Assembly: GCF_037042905.1 (NCBI RefSeq)
Contig: NC_087259.1
Span: 16,306,001 to 16,370,000 of the forward strand
Reading direction: 5' to 3'
Length of the DNA stretch: 64,000 nt
Origin: Lytechinus pictus
Lineage: Eukaryota
Below, in pieces: positions 53,034 through 64,000 of the stretch (position 1 is the first letter of the stretch; every line of letters starts with the position of its first letter). The notes under the pieces are model-generated. The model did not search any database. It was given only the letters and a program-made list of their open reading frames with translations, and had not been told where the DNA came from. A program made the position numbers and the translations under genes.

Positions 53034-54129
53034 CAGGACAATATTCGAAATAAAGGTGGTACATCTACAAACCACTCCATTTTGGCCTCTGAAACTAATA
53101 TCTTGTCTTATTAGAATACGTATAAAGAATCAAGAAGAAATAATCAATTGGTATGATTAAAACGTATGAAGGGGTCGTTACAGGATTTTGAAGTGAAAGA
53201 CGGGTAGAATACGGAGCAACACGGTTAAGACATATTACCACGCTCCCAGTCACATACGTTCTTTTTTACACACACACACCCTCACCCAAACACACACCTC
53301 GGGCTCACCCACACCCACATCCCTCTTTACACGGACAGTCAGACATACAGACGAATACAATGCAAAAATATAGAGCTCGTTGTGGAAGAAGGTATAGGAG
53401 AAGAGTTGGCTGGCAGAAGTCGTGGTAGTAGGCCTATCTCCATACTTGCAATAGTATAGCTCAACACAGAAACGGACCGTACATCTTGTCGAACAATAAT
53501 GATATGCAAATTGTTACATTTTTATTCATATCTCTGCCGTACAGACAACATCGCCAGACTATTCATAATTTGATTAACGACCTTTTAATGCTTTCAGTTA
53601 TCACCTCTGGGCTTCACTCAGGCTACAAAGCCAGACTAATGCTATTAATTGCCATGATTTTTTTTTACATATTCTGTCACCTACGCACTTATTATCCCTC
53701 AGTGTATTTTTTAATGATATTTCCGATCGAACTTTCATTTTGTGTATACAATAATACAAATAATTATCATATACACACAGTTCCAAGTTACCATACCCAT
53801 GCTTGATAATCAATTCATGGACATGTTTAACCCAATAATGATTTCAACATTATGTGCAGTGTTTTAGTTTTTATTACTATAACATAGCAGTTGGTTCAAA
53901 ACGAAAACTAATCGACGAAGTAATAAGCCAATTTTTTTGGAGGGGTCCAGACATTGCGTTTGGTGCAAAAGTTCTAAAAGGCTATAATGAGCGACCGAAG
54001 CGAGCGAACAATTTTGTCCTTGTTAATACAAAAAAATTGACATAATATTAAGAGAATTATAAAAAAATTATACCACTTTCCATTTCCTTTCCTTTACTTT
54101 TCTCCCTTATTTTCTTGGTCGTGAACATT

Positions 54130-54168
54130 TTGTGTGTATGTGTGTGGGGGTATGTGTGTGTGTGTGAT

Positions 54169-54204
<36 letters not shown>

Positions 54205-54211
54205 GGGGGGG
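54130..54211. repeat. (GT)n microsatellite followed by poly-G
   Basis: Seen directly in the sequence. Confidence 0.9.
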
Positions 54212-54814
54212 GTCCATTGCGTCAAACAAGCCTCCTACATTGAGCGGGGATCTTTTAACTTCGGTGGATTATCATTCGATACTTTCTAGGTCATAGAGTC
54301 TTGTACACCATTAAGAGAGGGGATATTACACGTATTAAGGATGATGTATTTGCTTCTGATGAACTTCTTTTGACCCGTCTCTGCAGACAATGAATCCACT
54401 CCCAAGAAGAACCTCGTTTTTTACAGTGAAATACAGAACTTGTCAAGAGATATAAACGTCACCTATGACGTCATATATCTTGTCTTTGAAGAAATGGTAA
54501 ACCGTATTTCAAGGTGTCACTATGGTCACGTACAGTAATATGCTGGTTAACCACCGTGTCTTATCCAAGCACGTACGACCGCCGTAGATCAATCTCTCTT
54601 CGACCCCTTGTCGCATTGATACCGTTCTCAAGACGATGGTTAGGTGGTTGAGGATTAGTGTTCGGTTCACCCTAACTTGGTATACAGTCAAACAACCGAA
54701 ACCGACTCCAAACCCACCGATGGTATGTCACTGGAAATAACGTACTAGAAATAGCTTTCTTCGGTCTGGAGTCGGTTCCCCTGGTGCGACTGTAGCATCA
54801 GAATGGCTAGTGTG

Positions 54815-55090
54815 GGTGCGTCGTGATCTAGTGGTTCTGACTCTCGCCTTTGAAACAGAGGGTCGTGGGTTCGAATCCTAGCCATGCCGTGTTTTCATTC
54901 AGCAAGAAATTTATCCACACTGTGCTGCACTCGACCCAGGTGAGGTGAATCGGTACCCGGCAGGAGTAATTCCTTGCATGCACTGAGCGCCGGTGATGGT
55001 AGCTCGAGCTAAAGCCGGGGTAATAATAGCAGCGCTTTGTATCCTCAGGCAAAAAGCGCTTTATAAATCCAACTATTAGTATTATTATTA
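54815..55090 (+). mobile_element. tRNA-derived SINE, full-length (second family)
   Basis: A-box-like gatctagtgg, B box GGTTCGAATCC, body ...tgtgctgcactcgacccaggtga..., and (TAT)n tail. Related copies at ~48975-49302 and 57655-57785. Confidence 0.85.
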
Positions 55091-55224
55091 ATGATTAATT
55101 AGACCCAGTCACAAGAACACAACCGGCTCCAGCCCGAACAGACAAGCAATGAAGCGAAAGCATGTACTACGGAGTTTTTACCTCTATGCACTTTATATAG
55201 ATCATGAGCGTATCGTCCGGCCTG

Positions 55225-55353
55225 GGGCTCGTAACACAAAGGTTTGCGATTAATCGTACGCTTGATTTTCACGATTGATTGTACATTGTAGTCAATGGAA
55301 TCAATCGTAGAAAAATGTTCTACGATCATTGCTAAGCTTTGTGTTACGGGGCC
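55225..55353. mobile_element. Short palindromic MITE (CTG TSD)
   Basis: GGGCTCGTAACACAAAG / CTTTGTGTTACGGGGCC flanked by CTG. Related copies at ~3124-3248 and ~10475-10620. Confidence 0.8.
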
Positions 55354-57654
55354 CTGGAATCGGTTTATAGGTGTGTCTGAAGCACGACACAATAGAGAGT
55401 ATTGAATGGAATATAACATGTATAACATGGCGTTACATGAGACTCGTGCATGGGATGGCCAAGTCTGGATCTGAATACAATCACACATGAAACCGAGCTA
55501 TGTCGTCAAGCCAATACCACAGTACGGTCACAGGAAATCTAAATCTTATTTCTTGATATTGTAGGCGAGGTTTGGCAGGACTGACAGAATGAAATCATCT
55601 CTATACCTGTCATGAATCATTATATGCTTCCTTGAAGGTATCTAATCATAATTGGAAAGTTAGGAGTCATCAACCTGGATGAATCATGAATTATAAACAA
55701 CCATCTTACCCTAATCTATCGTCTACTGCTATGGCTACTAAGTACCAACCCTCGTTATATTTAGGTTTATTTCGCCAGTAAAACACAGGTCAATATTAAT
55801 CTACGGTTTGAAATTGTGGTTTGAATATGGTTAGCTAGCCAAATGTGAATTTAAACCTGTATGCGATGTTATTTTTTTAGAAGACATGTGTGCTAGACCC
55901 TGGATTGGTGCTCAAATAGATCATCCTGTGACTTTTTTAAACAGTAAATAGAAGTGACCCCAAAAAATTATAAATCAAACTATTACTGCTAGAACACTAA
56001 AAGTGATGATTTATACATGTGAATAGATAGAGCCCCTTCATTTGCCCCAAAATTGTTTTTTTAACTCACGTTTAGTATCGTATACAGGTTTAGTACAAAA
56101 TAAGCGATACAGCTTTAGGAAAAAGATTAGTGGCATTTAGAACTGAAAATGAGTAAATATTTAGTGTGAAACATTTTTAAAGGTATTTCGAAAAAGAACG
56201 CTTTTACTGTAGTCTTTGCATTAGCGCAAAGCCTCGATGTCATACTATTACTATGGGGGGGGGGGGGGGTATGACACAATAGATCACTCCCCCAACAGTA
56301 GGTTCACTGCTCGGATTTTTGCCAGTGAGTCTTTGTAAAGAGTTGTGGATAGGCTTCTTGTATAAATCATTTGTCACTTGTGTATTGAGCCCTGATTGGT
56401 AGTAGGTCTACCTGTATCGCCTTCGGTAGTACACTGTCGAATGGTGCTAAACATTATAGCAATTAGGTCATCCATGTAACATACTTTGGCAAGGATATCT
56501 CAGTGCCTTTAAGCACAGACTCATGTTCTCCATATGGTTAACACCTTACAGCGTCATCTTGTACAGCGGAACTGTCTTCATCTGCTTTGAAGTTCAAATA
56601 AGTGACTGTTAGTCCATGCCTGACGCAAGTGGGGGCATCAGGGGAGACCTGAATATTGAGGGGAGGGTGTAGATACGGGTGAATTCCATGCTCTGGTTCC
56701 GAAACACCCCGCAATTTCCTTTGGTTGGATGCTCGAAGGAAGCTTGCTTCTTGAAAGAGTCGTGTTCCTGATCCCCAGCAGGAAGTTGTTCGACATGTAT
56801 CATCTTTCAAGGATGGTGCCGCAATGTGTGTTTGGTGAGAAACCGTTAATTCTGCATTGTCATCAGAGTCGTACCTGCAGTAGGTGAGATCTCTGGAGCT
56901 ACCTGAAGGTCACAGGGGAAGTGGGTAACCCTTGGGTAACCTCTACGTTTGGAAACATGGAAATGAGATCCTTGTCTCAACCTCTAGGCTTCTGAGTTAA
57001 CATGTTCTCTATTGCACCACAAACTTGATGGTGGTTGTATTTCAACATTATCCATGGTTTACACTACAGCCAGGCATTTACTCGAATGTGGCAATGAAAC
57101 CAAAGTTTAAAACCCATTTCATTTCATCATCTGTATAACATATTAACATGGATAACCAAATCATTATTCTGGCCATAGTTCTTTTAGGCCTATAATGTTA
57201 TGTTCATGTAAAAGAAAATAAAGTTAGTATTATAACCGGCGATAGACATGAGTTCATACTTCATTCAATTTAATTAGAATATGTATACGGTACTTTTCGA
57301 ACAGTGGAAAAGGCGTATTTAATAACTAAGGTATATACAAAAAATAACAAATAAAAAGTATGGGGAAAGGCCAATACAACGAAAAATACAGAATATGTGA
57401 CGAGCACATGTAAAAATACTTCTAAAATTAACAACTGCCATGAACATTTTTAAAAAGGAAAAATGCTTTTCATGATTAGTTTTGAAAGTCCTTACTTTTT
57501 ATGGCTGAAAACAAGAGTCATATGATTTCAATAATGAAATTTAGACACCACAGACTTGCTACATATTATCAAAGTCGATTTGCCAGGCATTTTCACTGAT
57601 AGTTGTTATACATTAGTGGAAAGCATTGCATTTGATTGGCTGATAGTATATAAT

Positions 57655-57785
57655 AACCTGGGTTGAGTGCAGCACAATGTGGATACATTTCTTGCTGAAG
57701 AATTTTACGCCATGGCTGGGATTCGAACCCACGACCCTCTGTTTCAAAGTCAGAAGACTAATCCACTGGGCCGCAACGCTCCACG
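57655..57785 (-). mobile_element. Partial SINE (5' half, same family)
   Basis: cctgggttgagtgcagcacaatgtgg...gggattcgaacccacg matches the other copies. Confidence 0.75.
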
Positions 57786-58245
57786 ATAAAGTCAGCGAAA
57801 ATCAATGACTAGAATGCTCCACTGGTAACCATGGGATAACGAGATTGGTTATAGTCAAATCTAATTTTACAATGAAACACGACTTTCCCAGACTGTATTC
57901 TTAAGTCCAGTTTAACTTAGACCATGGTCTATTAAACATTGTGCTAACACTATGGGAAGCCGAATACGTCACAATATCTAATACTCTTTAAATGGTTTTT
58001 GTCCATGCTGCAATGGCATGAATGGTGAAAATAATTATATGGTTACCATTCTCAGACTGTTATGATTGATTCAAGTGTCAAATGAGCTTATGAATTGAAT
58101 CAGGAAAATTTGAGGTTCTCACGTCCCACTTCCCTGATTAAACATTGTTGTTAGAGATTTGTGTCACAGTTGGCCATCCATAGTTAAACCACAAATTTTA
58201 GACCAAAGTTTAATCAATCTCAAATCTCTCTAATTCCATTTGCAG

Positions 58246-58457
58246 GAGAGCCAGAGATGAAATACATTGCAAACATGCATGGCAATGAACCCATTGGTCG
58301 AGAGCTCCTTATTCACCTCGCCGAATACCTATGTATGCAATACTACAAGAAGGATTTCAGGATACAACGACTGGTCAATGAGACTAGGTTACATATCTTA
58401 TTTTCGATGAATCCAGACGGCTTTCAGGAAGCCTACGAGCTCTTCAATTCTTCTCAG
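58246..58457 (+). CDS. CPE: Carboxypeptidase E/N-like exon 2 (HxxE zinc motif)
   Basis: ttgcag|GA GAG CCA completes phase 1. Encodes [21 protein letters not shown]...MNPDGF. Donor CAG|gtatga. Confidence 0.95.
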
Positions 58458-58981
58458 GTATGACGTTTTACAAAGATTAAGCAATTGCCAATCTGATGTT
58501 AACCTATTAGTGATTGCAGACGAATGCAAATTATGATAAATTACAATCGGTAGTGAAATCGATCCGATAATTCTACCCTTTGCCAATCAAATTGCAGGGC
58601 TTCTATAGCCTGCGACAACTCCAACATTTCAAAGCACGATTTTGATCGTTTACCCCGTCACATTTTTTTTTTAATAGAGATTTAAAAGAAATTTTTGTTT
58701 TGTCATGCGGTAATTTGACTTGGGGGAAAACATCAACATTCTGTTATAAAAAAGAAGATGGCAAAGAGCTTCTCTTTTCCAAACGGATTTCCTACTTTGT
58801 GTGAACTTTTTTAAAGTGGGGGCGCTATATTATGAACAGTTATTTCATCTTGGGAGCAATGGAAACCAGTAAAGTACATGTATATATCTATGTAAAAAGA
58901 GAAGAATAATAATCATTATGTTCCGAACATTTTCTTTAAATGATTTATCGAATGATTATTTTTAATTACCTTATGCCATAG

Positions 58982-59131
58982 GGACTGTCGCTGCCTTTCT
59001 ACGGAAGAACGAATGGGAACGGTGAAGATCTTAACAGAAACTTCCCAAACCTCAACAACATGGCGTACGAGAGCGAGCGTCTGGGAGGACAAAATCATCA
59101 TTTTATTCCACTCAAATCGGATCTTTTAAAG
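58982..59131 (+). CDS. CPE: Carboxypeptidase E/N-like exon 3
   Basis: 150-nt phase 0-0 exon: GLSLPFYGRTNGNGEDLNRNFPNLNNMAYESERLGGQNHHFIPLKSDLLK, with the DLNRNF substrate-binding motif. Not in the ORF track. Confidence 0.93.
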
Positions 59132-61480
59132 GTATGTTAGAAATGTAAAAGCTGCCTTGAAACAAAATAATAAAGCGACAACAATGTAAAAATGATTGTA
59201 TTTGCATCTACGCATTGCAAATTGGAATTATGGCACCTTATAAGGACTCATGATGGTAAGATATTTTGATGGGGTGGGGTCGGGGCGACGACCTACTTGA
59301 GGGTCATTGTTAATAAAGACTTACACGATATTTACCTCTATTTTTCAATTTTGAGGGTCTGTCACTTCTTGAAAAAAAAATCATGGGGTGGGGGAGGTGC
59401 CCCCCCCCCCCGGGGGAGGCAGCGTAATTATGGGTGTAGAGTATGACGTATATGTATTCCCTCAATCATCCCTTCACGAATGACCACTGACTCATACCTT
59501 GAAAGGGTGTTTGCAGTAGATATGATACTATGACACGTTTATGGGTCTAACTGTTCAAGTTTGATTTCACGTTGTGTTTTCGTACGTCCTGGCAATCAAG
59601 GCTGTATAGGTAGTATGAATTTGAAAGATTATAGTTATGAAGTATCAAAAAACGGTGTTTTTACAAAAACATCTCAAATGTCTCTATAAGATTTGGGATG
59701 GGATTTCCCCTTATCCCTCAAAGCCCTTCCCTGAAAAGTTTACCAAGGGTATTATTTCCTTCATCTGTCTTCATGGTCTTTTACATTTGTTATGCCATAT
59801 GAATAAAATATGGATATATTTATCTTTAGCTCTAAGTTTGCTCTGTTTTAATTCCCAACTGTATAAATGTAGCATAAAACGAAGTCTTGAATGATAGCCA
59901 GGCAACAACTAAAACAAAAACAATTGAATAGTTACAAAACTCTTAATATATTTTTTATCTACTTGCCTTGAATTAATTCATTTTATAAGCGTTATAACCT
60001 TGAAATTTAACCTGATAATATTTGAAGTGAAAATAGATTCAAGTTTTTTATTTATAGAAAACATATTGAATTATATTTATGTAACTGCAGGAAAATATGA
60101 AGTTTTCTTCTTTTTTTTACTTAAATTGTGATTTCAACTCAAGTTACAAATCCAGCAAAGAATATATTCATACCTATTAAACATTGAAATATCAACCCAA
60201 AGTAAAAAAAGAAGAAGTTCTGGTTGAAAAGGAAATCGATTACAAAAATGAATGCAAAGCATAATAGGCAGATGGGGGAAAATGAGCCGGTCTTCTAATA
60301 ACATATAAGACAAGATAATCAGAGAGAAAGAGAGAGAGAGAGAGGAGATGAATAAACAAATCCATTACATTAAAAAAAATACAGAGGGCACTAACGTACA
60401 TTGCATTTTACGTCATTATCATATTTGCACAATTTAAAATCTGGCATAAATCTTGTATACAAAGAAGATATTATGATATATCAATATGAAAGGTCAGATT
60501 TAACCTTGTATATATTCAGTATCCATGACAACGGATACGTAAAGAAAACGATTACCGAAATCGAATATACTCGAGAATCTCTTTTTCACAGCCAAAGGCA
60601 ATACAAATATTACAAAAGGTCAATACTTGACGAAAAGGTGATTGCTCGGTGAGTGTTAATGATGAATAAAAAACGCACGATCGCGTGGTTCGGAGGCGTT
60701 TTGCCGTGAGGAATGGAACTGTTTGGTGACAAAATCATCTTTTATTTCAAATCTGAAATGTTAGCTGGTTTTTGTGGTCTTCACATCCCTTAAAAAATAA
60801 GTTTAAAAACCCATAACAAAACAGATGAGTAATCTATTATAGTGAAGTGTTTTCCTAACGAGAAAAGTCATATACACCGGTCAATATTTGTTATTAGAGA
60901 GTGAAAGGTGATCTCGGAAATGGCAATCTTTTCGGTACGAGTAATTACATGATTCTATTTTCTTCAATTTCAGCTATTAATGAAATAAAATAATAATTAC
61001 CCCTTTGCAATAGTAATAACACTTAATAAATGTCAATGTTTGCAATATGAATAACATTAAATAATTAAATATTACTTTATTTTGAAGATAATGTAACGCA
61101 AAAATATGCTATCGAAGGAAAATCCATTGAAAAGAGTTTCAATTAGATTATGTGCTATTTCGAAGCAATCTTAAATCATCACATTGCTCAAGAATATTAC
61201 AAACTTAAGGACAACGTAGACTGACATTTGGTGAGTTACGGATATCAAATTTAAATAATCTACATCTGTCCTTCCCTAAAAACTAAACTAGTAGGCAATA
61301 TTTGTATTGTCCACGTATTCATGGTAAATTGTCAAAAGCACAAGGTTAGACTTCTAATCTGAACAGTTTCGTAACGAAATTGGGATATTAAGTTTTTTGA
61401 TTTAGTTTCGTTCTGTAGATCATTCATTCATCAGTTTATATTTCTGAATTGTTTCCTTCATTCATTAACTGAATCATCAG

Positions 61481-61772
61481 CTGCAGCCCGAGACAGCCAA
61501 CCTTCTAAGGTGGATAAGTGACTACCCATTCGTGTTATCGGCCAACCTCCACGAAGGCGAGATGGTTGCCAACTACCCTTACGACACGAGCAGAAGCAGA
61601 AGAAGCTTCTACACCGCCAGTCCCGACGATGCTGTCTTCAAGCACCTTGCAGAGACCTACGCTACCAAACACGCCTTCATGAGCACCAGGACAGAACCTT
61701 GCCCCTACTCGGGTGCAGAGGTCTTCGACGGGGGCATCACCAATGGCGCTGATTGGTACTCCATCAAGGGAG
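61481..61772 (+). CDS. CPE: Carboxypeptidase E/N-like exon 4; gene continues beyond window
   Basis: LQPETANLLRWISDYPFVLSANLHEGEMVANYPYD...SPDDAVFKHLA...GITNGADWYSIKG G|gtaag. The expected next exon (GMQD...) was not found before 64000. Confidence 0.95.
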
Positions 61773-64000
61773 GTAAGCTGGAGGAAATGTTAATGGTTTT
61801 TATAGTGGTGGATGGAAGAGGTGGTTATGATGATGGCAGTGGTAGACTGGTAGTGGTTACGATGATAAGATGGCGATGATAATGACGACGATTGATGATG
61901 ATGCCGATCGGATGACGATGAAAGTATCAGGTCTGATATGTAAATCTTCTTAGGATCAAAATATTCAAGTAAATACGACTGTATTTCTCATATCCTTAAA
62001 CAGTGGCCCATCGCAACAATTTGATGAAACGAAAATAGCGGAAGCGTGTGTTCTGTAGCGAATGGACATATTTGATTATCGATGTAAACACAACACAAAA
62101 TCACAAACTTAGTTTTAACTATAGTGCTTTAAGCAAAATAATTGGGGAGTAGTATTCATATTTCTTGTTTATACAACTGACCATAGTTTTTTTTATATAG
62201 CAAAACTTGGTTTCTATTCCTTGGTCAATAACTGGATGGATGTTAAGGATAGGGAAATTTAGTATTTTTCATCATAAGGACTTCTCAAGAACAAAGAATT
62301 GTAAATAATTAATATTCAGGTGTTAGCTGAACTGGAATAGGTGTTTTAACATTCTTCTATCGGTATGTCAAAGGTGTAACCCTAGCGGTGACACGAACGC
62401 TTCTGCGACATTTGCTCCAGTCTTAATATCTCAGAGGGCTTGGTTTGAGTTAGGATTTAATAGAGCTTTTGGTTCAGAAAAATGTTAAAATAAGGATTTA
62501 GGGTTCATTTAGTTTTGGAGGTTAGGAGCAATTGTCGCCGGAGCTAATGTCATGGAAGCACTCTAGCACAGTCGGTTCTTCATGGCTACCCAATGTGACA
62601 TTTTAATTATAAAAATCGCAAGCATTATGCTAATTGTGCTACATTTTCTGTCTGATGAAGGGGGTCCTTATTGTCCTTGCTGGTCTTATCTCGACCTCAG
62701 ATTCCTAAAGAACCGTTTCTTTCCGGTTCCGTTGCAACCATAAAGGTACTTTTTCGAAGATCCCCTAATGTGTCTGAGTGCTCTCCGGGGGAGGTTGCAA
62801 ACTCTGTCTCCATGGCAACCTCTTACCTGGTCCAATGATGCAATCCCGTGTAGTATTTGTACTTGGCTTCATAAGGTTTTCTTCTGCCAAATTGAGTCTG
62901 TATTATGCCTTTGAGAATAAGGAAATCTAGATGTTAGAAGGTTAATTCTTCATGAGCATTACAAATGGCAAGACGTAGGCACCTCCGAATAAGTTCTGCG
63001 GGCCATTATGACAAATTATACAGGTATGGGGTACACGAGGAGGGGGTATATTGTGTAGCTGGCAAACATGTCTACGTGTGATAGTGCAAACATCATTTTT
63101 GGTTTATATAAAGAAAATGTGTTAGTGGACGAATAGGATATGTAAAATATAAATAATCATTTCATTTCGCAATGAATAAGAATCACGTTTGCAGCTTTGG
63201 TTATGGTGCGCAACGGACAAAAACCAAATTCTAAGGAACAACCTCGTGACTTCAGCCACTCCTCGTTGTATTTGATATTGCGTAATTAAGAAATTATGAC
63301 GAAGGATGTTTTTTTCTTTAATTTTTTTTCAAACACATACAAATCGTCATTCATCCGTCATCAGACTGTATTTGATTAATTCACACCCCTAGAGCAGTAT
63401 CATGATTATTTAAAATGAAACAGCTTGCAACCAACTCCAAATATCACCCAATCTCTTCCGGACAAAGATCCCTCATATCTGACAGATATACGAGTTAATC
63501 TCCTCTCTTTTACCATGATTAAATCGTAAACACATCATCTTTCAAAATTGCTACGCGAACTAATTTCATAGAAAAGACTTATGCTATTATTGTCCTACCA
63601 CCAAAAAAAATACAAAATAAAAATGAAATAACAGGAACTGCAATTCTTGTGATGAATATGTAGTTTTTGTTTGAATTCTCTCCGAATTTCTTAATTTTCT
63701 TCATTGGGAGTCTGCCTTGAATATAGTGGACGTTTATTTATCATATTCATGGAATCATAATGAAAAAGAGGATATTCCAAAAGACCATTATTGTCTGATT
63801 AGGCAAAAAAGAATAGTCCAGTGATTCGACGTCATTTCATGAGCATGTGGAAGACCCTGACTACAAAAGCTCCTGGCATTTATCTAGTACAAACTACAAA
63901 TAATTGAATGGCAAATGCTATATCACAAAAAGTAACAGGCCAAAAGACATAATAGTAAGTACAAGTTTAATTTGAAGAAAGTTGACTTTGCTCGAATAGA

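Overview
AT-rich, intron-containing animal genomic DNA with 4 assembly gaps. The repeat landscape and gene content suggest an invertebrate deuterostome such as a sea urchin (inference only). Two divergently transcribed spliced genes are supported. (1) Minus strand, 4597-7137 (possibly to 9276): an ATF3/JDP2/Fos-family bZIP factor with three phase-consistent coding exons, plus a candidate 4-codon first exon whose ATG lies inside a perfect CRE palindrome. (2) Plus strand, 24193 to beyond the window: a carboxypeptidase E/N-like M14B metallocarboxypeptidase with 4 exons visible and a 33.7-kb first intron. Between them lies a three-copy higher-order repeat (18562-22527), each copy holding a polar array of a 32-bp hairpin-forming minisatellite. 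The big intron holds a 5'-truncated CR1/L2-type LINE, SINEs, many MITEs and several antisense exon-like segments. No CRISPR array, rRNA or genuine tRNA gene was found.
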